Shown one piece after another: positions 38,449-48,226 of a DNA stretch of 64,000 nucleotides. The stretch's first letter is position 1. Every line of letters starts with the position of its first letter. The notes under the pieces are model-generated. The model was not told where the DNA came from and ran no database searches. It saw only the letters and a program-made list of their open reading frames with translations. The DNA is taken from NCBI GenBank assembly GCA_037447435.1, contig JBBIGR010000005.1, forward strand, positions 32,001-96,000, written 5' to 3'. Source of the stretch: Fibrobacteria bacterium (GTDB lineage Bacteria > Fibrobacterota > Chitinivibrionia > Chitinivibrionales > FEN-1185). The translations under genes were made by a program, and so were the position numbers.

Positions 38449-39879
38449 ATGAAAAAAATTGTTATAATCGGTGGAGGAATTTCAGGCCTTGCAGCAGCGG
38501 TTCGTGCAAAAGCAAAATCGCTAGAAAACAAACAAGATGTTGAAATTCAGCTTTTGGAAAAAAGCGATTATGTAGGCGGAAAGATTGTCACCGAGCATGT
38601 CGAAGATTTTCTTATTGAAGGTGGTCCGGATTGTTTCTTACCCGAGAAATATTGGACTGTTGACCTTGCCCGTTTTTTAAAGCTCGAAAACGAAATGATT
38701 CCAACGAACGATAAATTCAAGGGCACCTTCATTTACTCGCGCAAAAAACTTCATCCGCTGCCCGAAGGAGTCATGCTTATGGTGCCAACGATGATTATGC
38801 CTCTTGCAAAGGCGTCACTCATTTCATGGCCCGGGAAAATCCGGATGGGGATGGAATTATTCATTCCGAAACGGAAGGATCCTGCCGATGAAAACCTTGC
38901 TAGTTTCGTGACCCGCCGCCTCGGCAAAGAATGCCTGGACAAAATTGCCGAACCCCTTGTTGCCGGAATACATACTTCTAACCCAGATAATATGAGTGTG
39001 CTTGCAACGTTTCCCCGTTTTGTCGAACTTGAACAAAATTACGGTAGTATGATACGGGGAATGGTCGCAGCTATAAAAAATCGTCCGCTTCCGAGCCTGA
39101 GTCCCAGTAAAAAAGCAGCCAAAACCAAAATGACATATTTCATGAGTTTCCGAAATGGAATGGCTGAATTGCCTGACGCATGCGAACAATTCATCGGCAA
39201 TAGCATCATTCGAAAAAAAGCGTCAGTGGTTTCGATAGACAAATCAGGCAAAGGCTATACTGTCCATTTGTCGAACGGTGATTCGATATATGCCGACAGC
39301 GTTATTTCCGCAGCCCCCTCATTCGACACTGCACCGTTGCTTAAAGACATAGACAAGGAATTGACAATTCAGCTTAAAAAAATAGAGTGGTCGTCGTCTG
39401 CAACCATTTCATTGGCATTTAGCCGGAAAGACATTAAAGCGCCGCTAAAAGGGTTTGGCTTCATTGTCCCCAAACTTGAAAAACGACGAGTCAATGCCGC
39501 TACGTATAGTTCGATCAAATTTTCGAACCGCGCACCCGACGACATGCTTTTGTTACGGGTGTTTCTCGGCGGAGGAAATAGAGAGGATTTAGTTTCATCC
39601 CTGGATGACGACGGAATGCGTAAAATGGCGCTGGAAGAAATCGATACCATTGCAAAGATTAAGGCGGAGCCTAAACTTACGAGAATTTTCCGTTGGTTCG
39701 ACGGCATGCCAAAATATACCGTCGGACATCTTGACCGAATGGCGGAAATCGACAATTCGACACGTAAACATGCGGGGCTTTTCCTAACCGGCAGTTCCTA
39801 TAGAGGTATCGGCATAGGAGATTGCATCAACCGGGCCCAAATTGCCGCAGATAATGCTTTGCTATATTTAAATTCATGA
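38449..39879 (+). CDS. hemY: HemY-type (copro/proto)porphyrinogen oxidase (CgoX/PgoX)
   Basis: IIGGGISGLAAA, IEGGPDCF, AEPLVAGIH, GFGFIVP, MPKYTVGH, GIGIGDCI. Confidence 0.93.
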   Translation: MKKIVIIGGGISGLAAAVRAKAKSLENKQDVEIQLLEKSDYVGGKIVTEHVEDFLIEGGPDCFLPEKYWTVDLARFLKLENEMIPTNDKFKGTFIYSRKKLHPLPEGVMLMVPTMIMPLAKASLISWPGKIRMGMELFIPKRKDPADENLASFVTRRLGKECLDKIAEPLVAGIHTSNPDNMSVLATFPRFVELEQNYGSMIRGMVAAIKNRPLPSLSPSKKAAKTKMTYFMSFRNGMAELPDACEQFIGNSIIRKKASVVSIDKSGKGYTVHLSNGDSIYADSVISAAPSFDTAPLLKDIDKELTIQLKKIEWSSSATISLAFSRKDIKAPLKGFGFIVPKLEKRRVNAATYSSIKFSNRAPDDMLLLRVFLGGGNREDLVSSLDDDGMRKMALEEIDTIAKIKAEPKLTRIFRWFDGMPKYTVGHLDRMAEIDNSTRKHAGLFLTGSSYRGIGIGDCINRAQIAADNALLYLNS

Positions 39880-39927
39880 AATTATTGAACAACAAAGCAA
39901 CCTGACCTAATGAGAGAGAGTTCGAAC

Positions 39928-41418
39928 ATGATTAAAGAAAGTCAGGACTTGTATTGTACCGATCTGGCAAGCAAGCCAAATCCGGCATTGGGCAAAATAC
40001 TTGTTACCGGTGCAACCGGATACATCGGCGGCAGACTTGTTCCGGAATTGCTTGCGCGCGGTTACAAATTGCGTGTTATGGTTAGAACCGCATCACCGGA
40101 CCTTGAGACCCAATGGCCCGGAGTTGAAGTCGTGGTTGCAGATGCCCTTGATTCCGACACATTATGCAATGCCATGAGGGATGTTCATACAGCCTATTAT
40201 CTCATCCACTCCCTGTTGCTTGGGCCGCAACAATTTGAAACAGCCGATATTCAAGCAGCAATTAATTTCCGAAAAGCAGCGGAAACAATGCAAGTGAGCA
40301 GAATCATTTATCTCGGCGGTCTCGGAGATAATCGTTCTTCCCTCTCTCCGCACTTACGAAGCAGAATACAAGTCGCCCAAGAATTACAAAACGGTTCCAT
40401 CCCCGTAACCATTCTTAGGGCGGCAATCATAATAGGTTCCGGAAGCGCTTCGTATGAGATCCTTGAAAATCTCATTCGAAATGTTCCCGTCCTTCCAATT
40501 CCCGTTTGGGCCCGGACCCGCTGTCAACCGATTGCAGTTCGCGACGTTATCAAGTACCTCGTCGGATCGCTTGAGGAACCGCAAACAATCGGTAAATCGT
40601 ACGATATTGGCGGAAAAGAAATCCTTTCTTATGAATTGATGTTGAAAACTCTCGCAAAAGTCCTTGGTAAAAACCGGTTATTTATGCCTGTCCCTTTTTC
40701 CAATATCAAGATTTTCTCCTATTTAGTTAGTCTGGTCACCCCTGTTCCCCATCATATCACTCTTTGTCTTATGGAGAGCAGCTTTAACGAGGTAATCTGT
40801 AAAAACAATGAAATCAGGGAACTCATTCCGTTTCAGACCTTAGCTTTTCGCGAAGCACTTGTACGGGCTCTTAGCCGGGAAGAACAGGACAGAGTCAGTA
40901 CGCGATGGTCCGATGCCTATCCCCCGGCGCATGAATTGTCAATTAAACTTGCCGAGCTCAGTCCGGAACCTAACTTTACAACAGTATACTCATTGCTTAG
41001 CAATAAAAAGGCCTCAAACTTGTATAAATCGATTTGCATGATCGGCGGGAAGGAGGGTTGGTTTAACAGCAATTGGATGTGGAAACTTCGTGGAAACGTC
41101 GATCGTTTATTGCTTGGGGTCGGAACATCCCGAGGAAGAAGAAGCCGGTCGAGCCTAAGAATCAATGATGTCATCGATTTCTGGCGAGTGGAAGATCTTC
41201 GGCAAAACAAAATGTTATTGCTGCGGGCAGAAATGAAATTGCCCGGTAAAGCGTGGCTCCAATTCGACATTTCGCCGCAAGGAGCCATGAACCGGTTGTC
41301 GGTAAAGGCTTTTTATCAAACGCATTCGTTTTTGGGAAAGGCGTATTGGTATTTTTTCCTTCCCTTCCATCACTTCATTTTCCGCGATCTCATTGCGCAA
41401 ATCGAGAAAATCAGTTGA
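39928..41418 (+). CDS. SDR-family NAD(P)-binding protein with C-terminal DUF2867 (YbjT-like)
   Basis: LVTGATGYIGGRL, YYLIHS, IIGSGSASYE, DVIDFWRVE, LRAEMKLPGKAWL, PFHHFIF. Confidence 0.88.
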   Translation: MIKESQDLYCTDLASKPNPALGKILVTGATGYIGGRLVPELLARGYKLRVMVRTASPDLETQWPGVEVVVADALDSDTLCNAMRDVHTAYYLIHSLLLGPQQFETADIQAAINFRKAAETMQVSRIIYLGGLGDNRSSLSPHLRSRIQVAQELQNGSIPVTILRAAIIIGSGSASYEILENLIRNVPVLPIPVWARTRCQPIAVRDVIKYLVGSLEEPQTIGKSYDIGGKEILSYELMLKTLAKVLGKNRLFMPVPFSNIKIFSYLVSLVTPVPHHITLCLMESSFNEVICKNNEIRELIPFQTLAFREALVRALSREEQDRVSTRWSDAYPPAHELSIKLAELSPEPNFTTVYSLLSNKKASNLYKSICMIGGKEGWFNSNWMWKLRGNVDRLLLGVGTSRGRRSRSSLRINDVIDFWRVEDLRQNKMLLLRAEMKLPGKAWLQFDISPQGAMNRLSVKAFYQTHSFLGKAYWYFFLPFHHFIFRDLIAQIEKIS

Positions 41419-41444
41419 TTTCAATTTTAAACTGCCTGCTATTT

Positions 41445-42303
41445 TCACAATTCGCTTTTTACCGACAAACAACTAGACAATAGTAATACTGCCGTTCCAC
41501 AAATGGCTAAAACGGGGAACGGTTCATGAAACAATAACGCGCCTACGCCGATGTTAAGCAGCGGCGCAAGTAACGTAATTACCGAGCCCGACGAAACGGA
41601 GACATAGCGATACCCTTCCGTCATGGTTAATTGACCTATTGCAGCAAGCAGTCCTATCGAAATAAGAAGCAAACAACCAAAATAGCCGCAATTGTGGGTA
41701 CACGCGGTTGCCGGTATTACCGTAATCCAGAATCCGATCAAACATTGGCTGAAAAAAATCGACTCCGTCGAATCCGTATCCTGTAATTTCTTAACAAGTA
41801 CAACCGTAAGCCCGCCAAGCATTGCGCCAGCCAGTGCAAAAGCGTCCCAAAACCCGAATGCAAATGAAACGCCTCCGGTTCCGGTTGCGATAACCACCAA
41901 AACCATCCCGCAGCTGGCACCAAAAAGGCCGAGTGCCTTGGGCATACTGACCCGCTCTTTAAGAAATACAGACGAGAATAATGTTGCGAAAATCGGATAA
42001 GTGTACCCGATTAAGGACGATTTTATCAAACCCAATTTTGCAATCGACATAAAACACATCCAAACGGCAATTCCGCCGAAGAGGCCCCGAAGCAAAAGCC
42101 CTTTTTTATTAACAAAAGACAATCTCACCCTACCTGTCATAGCTAAAAAGCCTATTACTCCCAACCCGACAATAAATCTGAACAATGTGGTCGTTTGCGA
42201 GTTAATTTCGTGAGCGTACCTAATAAGGCAGACCATACCGCAAAATGCCCGCATTTGAACCGATCATCATCACAGTACCTTTTACCGCGTTCGAATTGCT
42301 CAT
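41445..42303 (-). pseudogene. DMT/EamA-family permease with a single-base frameshift near codon 18
   Basis: ATG 42303 gives MSNSNAVKGTVMMIGSNA then stops after 27 codons; the body (AFCGMVCLIR..LFRF..LLLRGLFG..FLKERVS..LLFHEP) is offset by one base at GCGGGCA (~42250). Confidence 0.7.
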
Positions 42304-42328
42304 ACGATTCCAATCATTTTTACTCAAT

Positions 42329-42366
42329 AAAAAAGCCCGCTGTAGGTTTATCCTGCAGCGGGCTTT
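42329..42366 (-). terminator. Intrinsic terminator in the 5' leader of the DMT gene (attenuator-like)
   Basis: Minus strand AAAGCCCGCTGCAGG-ataaa-CCTACAGCGGGCTTT followed by U run, ending ~25 nt before the ATG. Confidence 0.75.
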
Positions 42367-42685
42367 GACTTATCGGTAAATAGTAATTTAAATTATTATG
42401 TCGTTTTTCGCTGCAAACACCGTAATACAGATAGGTTTACCTTTGCCTCGGGAGCAAATCGGCGTAGCATACCTTGCCAGGAAATAAATGAAGGTGTTAT
42501 ATAGGAATGATTAAACATGAAAAATCCACTTATGGTTATTATATTTTAATAATATACATTAAAGAATTATTTAATCAACTTTTATTTATTGTACCGTTAA
42601 TTATTTTCCCGAATATGAGTTAGCCACGAGACAGGTATTTTTCCTAGGCATTAAAAAAAGTACATTTGCATTGGAGTATTTTTCA

Positions 42686-43513
42686 ATGATTAAAATCCTT
42701 GCCGTAGTGTGTTCGTTGTCTTTTTTTTTCATGGGGTATTCTGCGGAACAAAATACGGTTTCCATTCCATGTAGCAAAACCGGGAAAATTTTTAATGCGT
42801 CTGTGTTCCTGCCCCAGGATTATGCAAAAAGCGGATTCAATTACTCGACGGTATATTTGCTTCACGGATATAGCGGCGATTACGGCGTGTGGGCAAAAAT
42901 TGCCCCATTGGGTTCATTTTCCGATAAATATCAGGTAATTATTGTTTGTCCGGATGGTAATTTCAGTTCCTGGTACGTAAATAGTGTTTGCAAAATAAAT
43001 TCGAACTTCGACTCCTATATTTCCCATGACGTCATTGAATTTATTGACAAGACCTATAGAACCATAAAGAATGAATCGGGACGTGCAATTATCGGAACAA
43101 GTATGGGTGGACATGGCGCCACAACTCTTCTGGCAAAACATCCCGACCTTTTTTGCGGCGCAGGAAGCATCAGCGGCATTATGGACTTGACGGAATTCCC
43201 CGGACAATGGGACTTGGATCAGATATTCGGTGACTTTGATCATAATAAAATGTTTTGGAAAAGCAATTCATTTTATATGTTGCTTGAAAATCTTCAAAAC
43301 AAAAACAAAGGCCTCATCCTCGACGTCGGCGTCTCCGATTTCGCAATCAAAGGCAACCGCCTTACCCACGAAAAACTAATCGTCTTAGGAATTCCCCACG
43401 ATTTTTACGAACGCCCCGGCAATCACACGTTGCAATATGCACATGATGTGATAGAATGCCATTTCATTTACTTTAGTAAACGGCTATCCAGACCCGGCCC
43501 CCGACAACCGTAG
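42686..43513 (+). CDS. Secreted alpha/beta-hydrolase esterase family protein
   Basis: Signal peptide; VYLLHGYSG, GTSMGGHGA nucleophile elbow, DVGVSD, PGNH. Confidence 0.88.
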   Translation: MIKILAVVCSLSFFFMGYSAEQNTVSIPCSKTGKIFNASVFLPQDYAKSGFNYSTVYLLHGYSGDYGVWAKIAPLGSFSDKYQVIIVCPDGNFSSWYVNSVCKINSNFDSYISHDVIEFIDKTYRTIKNESGRAIIGTSMGGHGATTLLAKHPDLFCGAGSISGIMDLTEFPGQWDLDQIFGDFDHNKMFWKSNSFYMLLENLQNKNKGLILDVGVSDFAIKGNRLTHEKLIVLGIPHDFYERPGNHTLQYAHDVIECHFIYFSKRLSRPGPRQP

Positions 43514-43664
43514 TCGCCTCCCTAAAAGCCCCGGAGACGGAATAATTTTTGATTGTTATTGACTCATCCTTATTGTGTTTATATATTACTGTATACTGTT
43601 TTGATTTTGCATTTGCCGTGGAGCCCTAATTCCTATAGGGAAGTCTCTTACATAAGGTTTTCAT

Positions 43665-46328
43665 ATGGATAACGATAAAAGCAATCCGTTGTCATCCGAC
43701 CAACTAATGGCCCTTTTTGATTTGGCCGTTGATGCTATTTTAATAGGAAATGCAAAAGGCGAAATTATTTTTGCGAACAAGCAGGCCAGCATTTTATCCG
43801 GTTTTGACATACAAGAACTCCTCAATTCAAATATTAATATTCTTTTCTCAAAAGAAGAGCGGGAGCGAGTACCTCTCAGGTACGACCTTTTAAACTTAGG
43901 AAAAATAGTCCGATGCGAAAGGATCTTAACTCGAAAAGATCGGGCGGCAGTCCATATCGACATGAATACGAAAAGGATGCCCGACGGAACCTATCAGACT
44001 TTTATTCGCGATATTTCCGAAAGAAAAAAAGTCGAAGAGGCTTTGCGACAAAGTGAAGAAAAGTTACGAACGTTTACAGAAGCCACTTTAGAGGGTATCG
44101 TCGTTTCGGAAAAAGGAATCATTCTCGATGTAAACAACCAGATTTGTGAAATGCTCGGTTTTCACAAAGATGAATTAATAGGAAGACCGTTGCTCGACCA
44201 AGTTGCCAATGAGCATTTGGATTTGGTAAAAAACGCAATTGTTCGTGGAACCACCGAACCGTATGAACATCTTGCTAAAAGGAAAGACGGGCAAGTTTTC
44301 CCGGTTCAAGTACACGCCAAAACAATGACCGTTGGAAACAGAACGTATCGAATAAGCGCAATAAGAAATATCTCGGATCAAAAAAAAGCAGAAAAAGCGC
44401 TTCGGGAAAATGAAGAAAAATTCTCTAAAGCCTTTAAAATCAGCCCGGATTCCATAAATATTAATCGATTTAATGACGGAATGTATCTGGAAATTAATGA
44501 TGGCTTCACCGCGATGACCGGATATACCGCCGACGACGTGATAGGAAGATCTTCTCTTCCAGACGATTTAGGGATTTGGGTTTATCAAAAAGACCGTGAC
44601 AGGCTATTGGAGGGTTTAAAAGAAAATGGCGAGGTACTGAACCTTGAAGCTGATTTTCGAAAAAAAAACGGCGAAATCCTTACTGGAAGCATGTCGGCGC
44701 GCCTTATAGAAATCAATGGCGAACAATGCATTTTGACCTCTACAAGGGATATAACCGAACGTAAACTTACCGAAGCGGCTTTGGCGGCAGAAAAAGAACG
44801 ATTGCTGGTCACTTTACGAAGTATAGGAGACGGAGTAATAACTACCGATGTTTCCGGAAAAATCACATTAATGAACCCCATTGCCGAAGAACTTACCGGT
44901 TTTTCCCTCGAAAATTCTTTGCAAAAGCCATTAAGTGAAGTCTTTAATATTGTTAATGAAATGAGCGGATTAGCATGCGAAAGTCCAGTTGACAAAGTAT
45001 TAAAAACAGGTTCAATCATCGGACTTGCAAACCATACGGCTTTAATTCACCGGGATGGCACAAAGCGAATAATTGCGGATAGCGGCGTCCCTATCCGGGA
45101 CAAAGCAAACTCCATTATTGGCGTTGTACTTGTTTTTCGCGACATTACCGATAAACAAAAAACCGAAGAGGCGTTACTTAATGCCCAAAAACTCGAATCG
45201 GTAGGACTATTGGCCGGCGGAATAGCCCACGATTTTAATAATTTGCTCAGTGGAATTTTCGGTCATGTCGATATTGCTCGGATGTACATGCAAGACGGCG
45301 ATCTTAAACGGGTTGCCGTTAGTCTCTCAAAAGCAATGTCGGTATTCGAGAGGGCAAAACACCTGACGGAACAATTACTCACTTTTTCCAAGGGCGGTGT
45401 ACCGATACGAAAAACGCAATCGGTTATAAAAATTGTGCGCGATTCGATACAATTTGTTTTGAGCGGCTCAACCGTTTCACCTGTATTTGAAATCCCGTCC
45501 GATATTTGGCTTTGCGATTTTGATGCACATCAAATTTCTCAAGTCATTGATAACATAGCTATAAATGCAAGGCAGGCGATGCCGCTTGGCGGGAAGTTGC
45601 TCGTTTCTATTGCAAATATCAATCAACTTCCGCCGGCGCCGCTCCTGCCGACAAAACCATATATCAGGATTTCGATACGCGATTTTGGGGCAGGAATTGC
45701 CAAGGAATACCTCCCCAAAATATTCGATCCTTTTTTTACGACAAAACAACAAGGAAGCGGTCTCGGTCTTGCCACCTCGTATTCAATTATCAAAAAGCAT
45801 GATGGTCACATTTCCGTTGAATCTGAACTTGGAACTGGAACTGTTTTTCATATTTTCCTTCCGGCGGCAACAGGACAACCTTCAATAAACGAAAATCAAC
45901 TGCATTCCCCGCATATGGGACAAGGTAGAATATTGGTTATGGATGATGAAGATTTCATTTTGGATGTTGCCTCCCAAATGTTAACTCATATGGGATATGA
46001 AGTGGAAACTGTGCCAAACGGTGAACGCGCGATCGAGGTAATAAAGCAATCGATTGTTACAGGTAAACGATTTATTGTTTCGATTCTCGATCTTACTATT
46101 CCTGGCGGCAAGGGCGGGAAAGATACCGCAGCAGAAATAGCAGCACTTGATCATTCTGTCATCAACATTGCATCGAGCGGATATTCGGAAGATCCGATAA
46201 TGGCAAATCCGACAAATTTCGGGTTTGCGGCACGGCTTGTAAAACCATATCGCTCTGAGGAAATAAATCAAGTCTTGGAAATCGTTTTAAAAAATAAATT
46301 CAATAAAACCGGCGAGTGCAATTTATGA
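43665..46328 (+). CDS. Cytoplasmic multi-PAS hybrid histidine kinase (4 PAS + HisKA/HATPase + REC)
   Basis: Repeated RDISERK/RNISDQK/RDITERK/RDITDKQ PAS ends; GGIAHDFNNLL; FDPFFTTK..GSGLGL; ILVMDDE..LDLTIPGG. Confidence 0.93.
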   Translation: MDNDKSNPLSSDQLMALFDLAVDAILIGNAKGEIIFANKQASILSGFDIQELLNSNINILFSKEERERVPLRYDLLNLGKIVRCERILTRKDRAAVHIDMNTKRMPDGTYQTFIRDISERKKVEEALRQSEEKLRTFTEATLEGIVVSEKGIILDVNNQICEMLGFHKDELIGRPLLDQVANEHLDLVKNAIVRGTTEPYEHLAKRKDGQVFPVQVHAKTMTVGNRTYRISAIRNISDQKKAEKALRENEEKFSKAFKISPDSININRFNDGMYLEINDGFTAMTGYTADDVIGRSSLPDDLGIWVYQKDRDRLLEGLKENGEVLNLEADFRKKNGEILTGSMSARLIEINGEQCILTSTRDITERKLTEAALAAEKERLLVTLRSIGDGVITTDVSGKITLMNPIAEELTGFSLENSLQKPLSEVFNIVNEMSGLACESPVDKVLKTGSIIGLANHTALIHRDGTKRIIADSGVPIRDKANSIIGVVLVFRDITDKQKTEEALLNAQKLESVGLLAGGIAHDFNNLLSGIFGHVDIARMYMQDGDLKRVAVSLSKAMSVFERAKHLTEQLLTFSKGGVPIRKTQSVIKIVRDSIQFVLSGSTVSPVFEIPSDIWLCDFDAHQISQVIDNIAINARQAMPLGGKLLVSIANINQLPPAPLLPTKPYIRISIRDFGAGIAKEYLPKIFDPFFTTKQQGSGLGLATSYSIIKKHDGHISVESELGTGTVFHIFLPAATGQPSINENQLHSPHMGQGRILVMDDEDFILDVASQMLTHMGYEVETVPNGERAIEVIKQSIVTGKRFIVSILDLTIPGGKGGKDTAAEIAALDHSVINIASSGYSEDPIMANPTNFGFAARLVKPYRSEEINQVLEIVLKNKFNKTGECNL

Positions 46329-46394
46329 AAAGTCCGAAATTAAACGGATTCCTTCAACATTAAAACCACTTTTTCTTAATTTCCCATGTTGATT

Positions 46395-47174
46395 TTATCG
46401 AAGTCCTGAAATCATAGTTCGTAGTTCAGAATGCTCCCCAAAAGTAAAAGCAACGACAAAAACACCCGTCAAACATCCTGTTCCGTCAACTAAAGCAACC
46501 GAATGTTTTCCAGGCATTTGACTATTAACAAAAAAGGATCGCACAATCCGCCCGTTCATATCATAGACAGCAATGCCGACATTTACCGGTTTATCAAGTG
46601 AGTAGTTCAGTTTTTTTCCAGCCGTTATACGTATATCGTGTACTGCAACATCGGCATTCTTAGGAGCAGTTGCTGCGGTTGAAGATTTTAAGGTAAGCAT
46701 AGCTCCTCCCCAATCGCCATCGTCATTGTTATAATTATCACCGCCGGTAGTTACTTCCAATTTCATAGAATCTTTGCCATCGACATTTACAGTCAACTTT
46801 CGTGCCCCCATATTTCCTTTAATTAAGGCACTTGCAAATGCCAGAGAATCATTGACGAACACTTTGAAAACCGATGATCCTTGTCCGTTGACTTCGGTAT
46901 CGATACCGTAATCGGAAGAAAATGTCGTGTATGATTTATTTAATTTGTAAACGATATCGCTGAGCGCATGAACACCCAGCCCTTTGGCATAAACCGTTTT
47001 TCCTATTGTAATAGGTGTTTGGTTGATTGATTTGTCTTTTTGAACAGTACTCCATCCGCAGGTTGCAGAGACCCACGATAGATCGGAAAGATAAACGGTT
47101 GCAGCAGAAGCATCGTAAAAATTGAATGCACTTGTCATTACGCTAAGAATAAAAAACAATAAAAACTTATTCAT
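46395..47174 (-). CDS. Secreted NPCBM/NEW2 carbohydrate-binding domain protein with FlgD/T9SS-like C-terminal domain
   Basis: Signal peptide; VYLSDLSW, KGLGVHA, GID, DDGDWG; tail IAVYDMNGRIVR..PGKHSV..GVFVV. Confidence 0.8.
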   Translation of the reverse strand: MNKFLLFFILSVMTSAFNFYDASAATVYLSDLSWVSATCGWSTVQKDKSINQTPITIGKTVYAKGLGVHALSDIVYKLNKSYTTFSSDYGIDTEVNGQGSSVFKVFVNDSLAFASALIKGNMGARKLTVNVDGKDSMKLEVTTGGDNYNNDDGDWGGAMLTLKSSTAATAPKNADVAVHDIRITAGKKLNYSLDKPVNVGIAVYDMNGRIVRSFFVNSQMPGKHSVALVDGTGCLTGVFVVAFTFGEHSELRTMISGLR

Positions 47175-47245
47175 CGGTATTTTCCTTGAATGATATTTTT
47201 AGAATATTTTCTAAAATACATAATTTTGAGGAGAAATTGCACATT

Positions 47246-47713
47246 ATGATTTACGATGCCATTAACCATTTTAATCTTTATTCCGGTTTGAATGAAAATT
47301 TTGCCGATGTACAATCCTTTCTTCTTTCGGATTTATTGCAACTTTCGTGCGGAACTCACTCGATTAACAATACTGGCACGTTTGCGATTATTAGCGAATA
47401 TGAGACAATGGATCGGTCGGAAAAAAAACCGGAATTCCACAAGAAATTCATTGATATTCAAATTGTACTTTCAGGAAAAGAATGTTTAGGCTATGCAAAC
47501 CTTGCATCATGCACAATACTGTCGTTTGATAAGGAAAAGGATTTCGGCCTTGCACAAGGCGACCTTTTGTATATGAGCCTTCTTCCGAATACATTTGCAA
47601 TTTTATTTCCTCACGAAGCACATATGCCCCAAATTCATTATAACGCAATAAAAACGTTTACGAAAAAGGTTGTAATAAAAGTACCGCATAACTTGGATTC
47701 TAACAGGCTTTGA
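47246..47713 (+). CDS. YhcH/YjgK/YiaL family protein
   Basis: GAGGAG RBS; MIYD, EFHKKFIDIQ, EKDF, FAILFPHEAHMP, KVVIKV. Confidence 0.9.
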   Translation: MIYDAINHFNLYSGLNENFADVQSFLLSDLLQLSCGTHSINNTGTFAIISEYETMDRSEKKPEFHKKFIDIQIVLSGKECLGYANLASCTILSFDKEKDFGLAQGDLLYMSLLPNTFAILFPHEAHMPQIHYNAIKTFTKKVVIKVPHNLDSNRL

Positions 47714-47775
47714 GGTATATTGCAATACGGCAGAAAATGCGTTTTTTTTTAACAGTTTCAAGAGAGGTGTCTCAC

Positions 47776-48078
47776 ATGAACATTTACGTTGGGAATTTGT
47801 CATTTGATGCAGGCGAAGACGATGTTCGCCAATTGTTTGAAGCACATGGACAAGTCACGTCTGTTTCCATCATCAAAGACAAGTTCACGGGAAGACCGAG
47901 AGGTTTTGCTTTCGTCGAAATGGCTCAGGATTCTGAAGCGCAAGCGGCGATCGCTGCTCTTAACGGTCAAGATCATAAAGGCCGTCCGCTTACGGTAAAT
48001 GAAGCGCGTCCACGCACGGAAAATCAAGGCGGCGGCGGTTTCCGAGGTAATAGAGGCGGACAGCGACATTCTTGGTAA
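47776..48078 (+). CDS. RRM-domain RNA-binding protein
   Basis: GAGG RBS; NIYVGNLSF (RNP2), RGFAFVEM (RNP1), Gly/Arg-rich tail. Confidence 0.95.
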   Translation: MNIYVGNLSFDAGEDDVRQLFEAHGQVTSVSIIKDKFTGRPRGFAFVEMAQDSEAQAAIAALNGQDHKGRPLTVNEARPRTENQGGGGFRGNRGGQRHSW

Positions 48079-48151
48079 TATGATAATATGCCGATCTTTT
48101 GCTTGCCTGAATAGTACTTATTACGTTGGGCTTTTAAAAGGATTCAAATAT

Positions 48152-48196
48152 AAAAACAGGTCTTTGCTTATATTGAGTAAAGACCTGTTTTATTTT
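48152..48196. terminator. Bidirectional intrinsic terminator
   Basis: AAAACAGGTCTTTGCT...AGTAAAGACCTGTTTT between convergent genes. Confidence 0.75.
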
Positions 48197-48226
48197 AAGA
48201 ACGCTTCACGAACACTAAAAATTCGA

